NCBI RefSeq assembly: GCF_006345805.1
Contig: NC_043015.1
Coordinates: forward strand, 48,360,001 to 48,424,000
Source: Octopus sinensis
Taxonomy: Eukaryota
Reading direction: 5' to 3'
DNA: 64,000 bases
Below the pieces are notes generated by a model, which was not told the origin of the DNA, made no database searches, and worked only from the letters and a program-made list of their open reading frames with translations. The translations under genes and the position numbers were made by a program. How positions within the stretch are numbered: position 1 is the stretch's first letter; each line of letters begins with the position of its first letter. This document shows positions 62,915-64,000 of this stretch, piece by piece.

Positions 62915-64000
62915 CATCATCATCATCATCATCATCATTTAGCGTCCGTTTTCCATGCTAGCATGGGTTGGACGGTTCAACTGGGGTCTGGGGAGCCCGA
63001 AGGCTGCACCAGGCCAGTCAGATCTGGCAGTGTTTCTACAGCTGGATGCCCTTCCTAACGCCAACCACTCCGAGAGTGTAGTGGGTGATTTTATGTGCCA
63101 CCGACACAGGTGCCAGACGAGGCTGGCGAACGGCCACGCTCGGATGGTGTTTTTATGTGCCACCGACACAGGTGCCAGACTAGGCTGGCAGACGGCCACG
63201 CTCGGATGGTGTTTTTATGTGCCACCGACACAGGTGCCAGATGAGGCTGGCGGACGGCCACGATCGGATGGTGTTTGTTACGTCCCCAAAGCACGGAGGC
63301 CAGTCTATGCGGTACTGGCTACGGCCACATTCGGATGATTTTCTTGTGTGCCACCGGCACTGGTACCACAAAGATACAAATTCCATTGATGTTCATCTAT
63401 TTTGATTTGTTTTGATTTGATTTGATTTTCACTTGCCTCAACAGGTCTTCACAAGTGTCACAAGAAGGAAGGTATGCACAGGTAGACTGACTACGTCCCA
63501 GGTAGGGGCCACGGGTTATGGCCTGACTAGTCTTGCCGGGTCTTCGGATGGTGTTTTTATGTGCCACCGACACAGGTGCCAGATGAGGCTGGCGAACGGC
63601 CACGATCGGATGGTGTTTGTTGCGTGCCCACAGCACGGAGGCCAGTCGATGCGGTACTGGCTACGGCCACGTTCGGATGGTTTTCTTGTGTGCCACCGCA
63701 CTGGTACCACAAAGATACAAATTCCATTGATGTTCATCTATTTTGATTTGATTTGATTTGATTTTCACTTGCCTCAACAGGTCTTCACAGGTGTCACAAG
63801 AAGGAAGGAAGGTATGCACAGGTGGACTGACTACGTCTCAAGTAGGGGCCACAGGTTATGGCCTGACTAGTCTTGCCGGGTCTTCGGTTGGTGTTTTTAT
63901 GTGCCACCGACACAGGTGCCAGATGAGGCTGGCGGACGGCCACGATCGGATGGTGTTTGTTATGTGCCCACATCACAAAGGCCAGTCGATGCGGTACTGG
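62915..64000 (-). repeat. RTE 3'-UTR-derived hierarchical tandem array (62-bp subunits within ~341-bp units), running off the window
   Basis: (CAT)n tail and CCATGCTAGCATGG at 62915-62970. 62-bp period at 63091/63153/63215; macro-unit starts at 63203/63545/63885. Confidence 0.9.

Noticed and set aside
63080-64000. CRISPR-like regularly spaced repeats
   Set aside because: The units are contiguous tandem repeats without unique spacers, in eukaryotic DNA with no cas genes.

Overview
AT-rich, repeat-dense eukaryotic DNA. The SINE, LINE and MITE families point to a coleoid cephalopod, probably Octopus (inference). The main feature is a complete 14-exon importin alpha-3/4-clade gene (KPNA3/KPNA4-like) on the minus strand, from ATG 57677 to TGA 17027. 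It gives a 1548-nt CDS and 515 aa, with every intron GT-AG and phase-consistent. An almost TE-free stretch of about 6 kb follows it and probably holds its 3' UTR. At the left end, on the plus strand, is a terminal coding exon missed by the ORF track (879-1079). It encodes a 66-aa His/Gly/Asp/Tyr-rich C-terminus (32 His) and is followed by AATAAA. Also present: one tRNA-Val(TAC) with two non-canonical positions, and a minimal type I hammerhead-ribozyme motif (61364-61418, minus) in Penelope-like sequence. The rest is mostly mobile DNA: three tRNA-derived SINE families, RTE and CR1/L2-type LINE fragments, Tc1/mariner fragments, non-autonomous Helitrons (including a head-to-tail dimer), piggyBac and hAT MITEs, a ~250-bp foldback and a hierarchical tandem array built from an RTE 3' UTR. 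All homology calls come from reading and recalled family motifs; no database searches were run.
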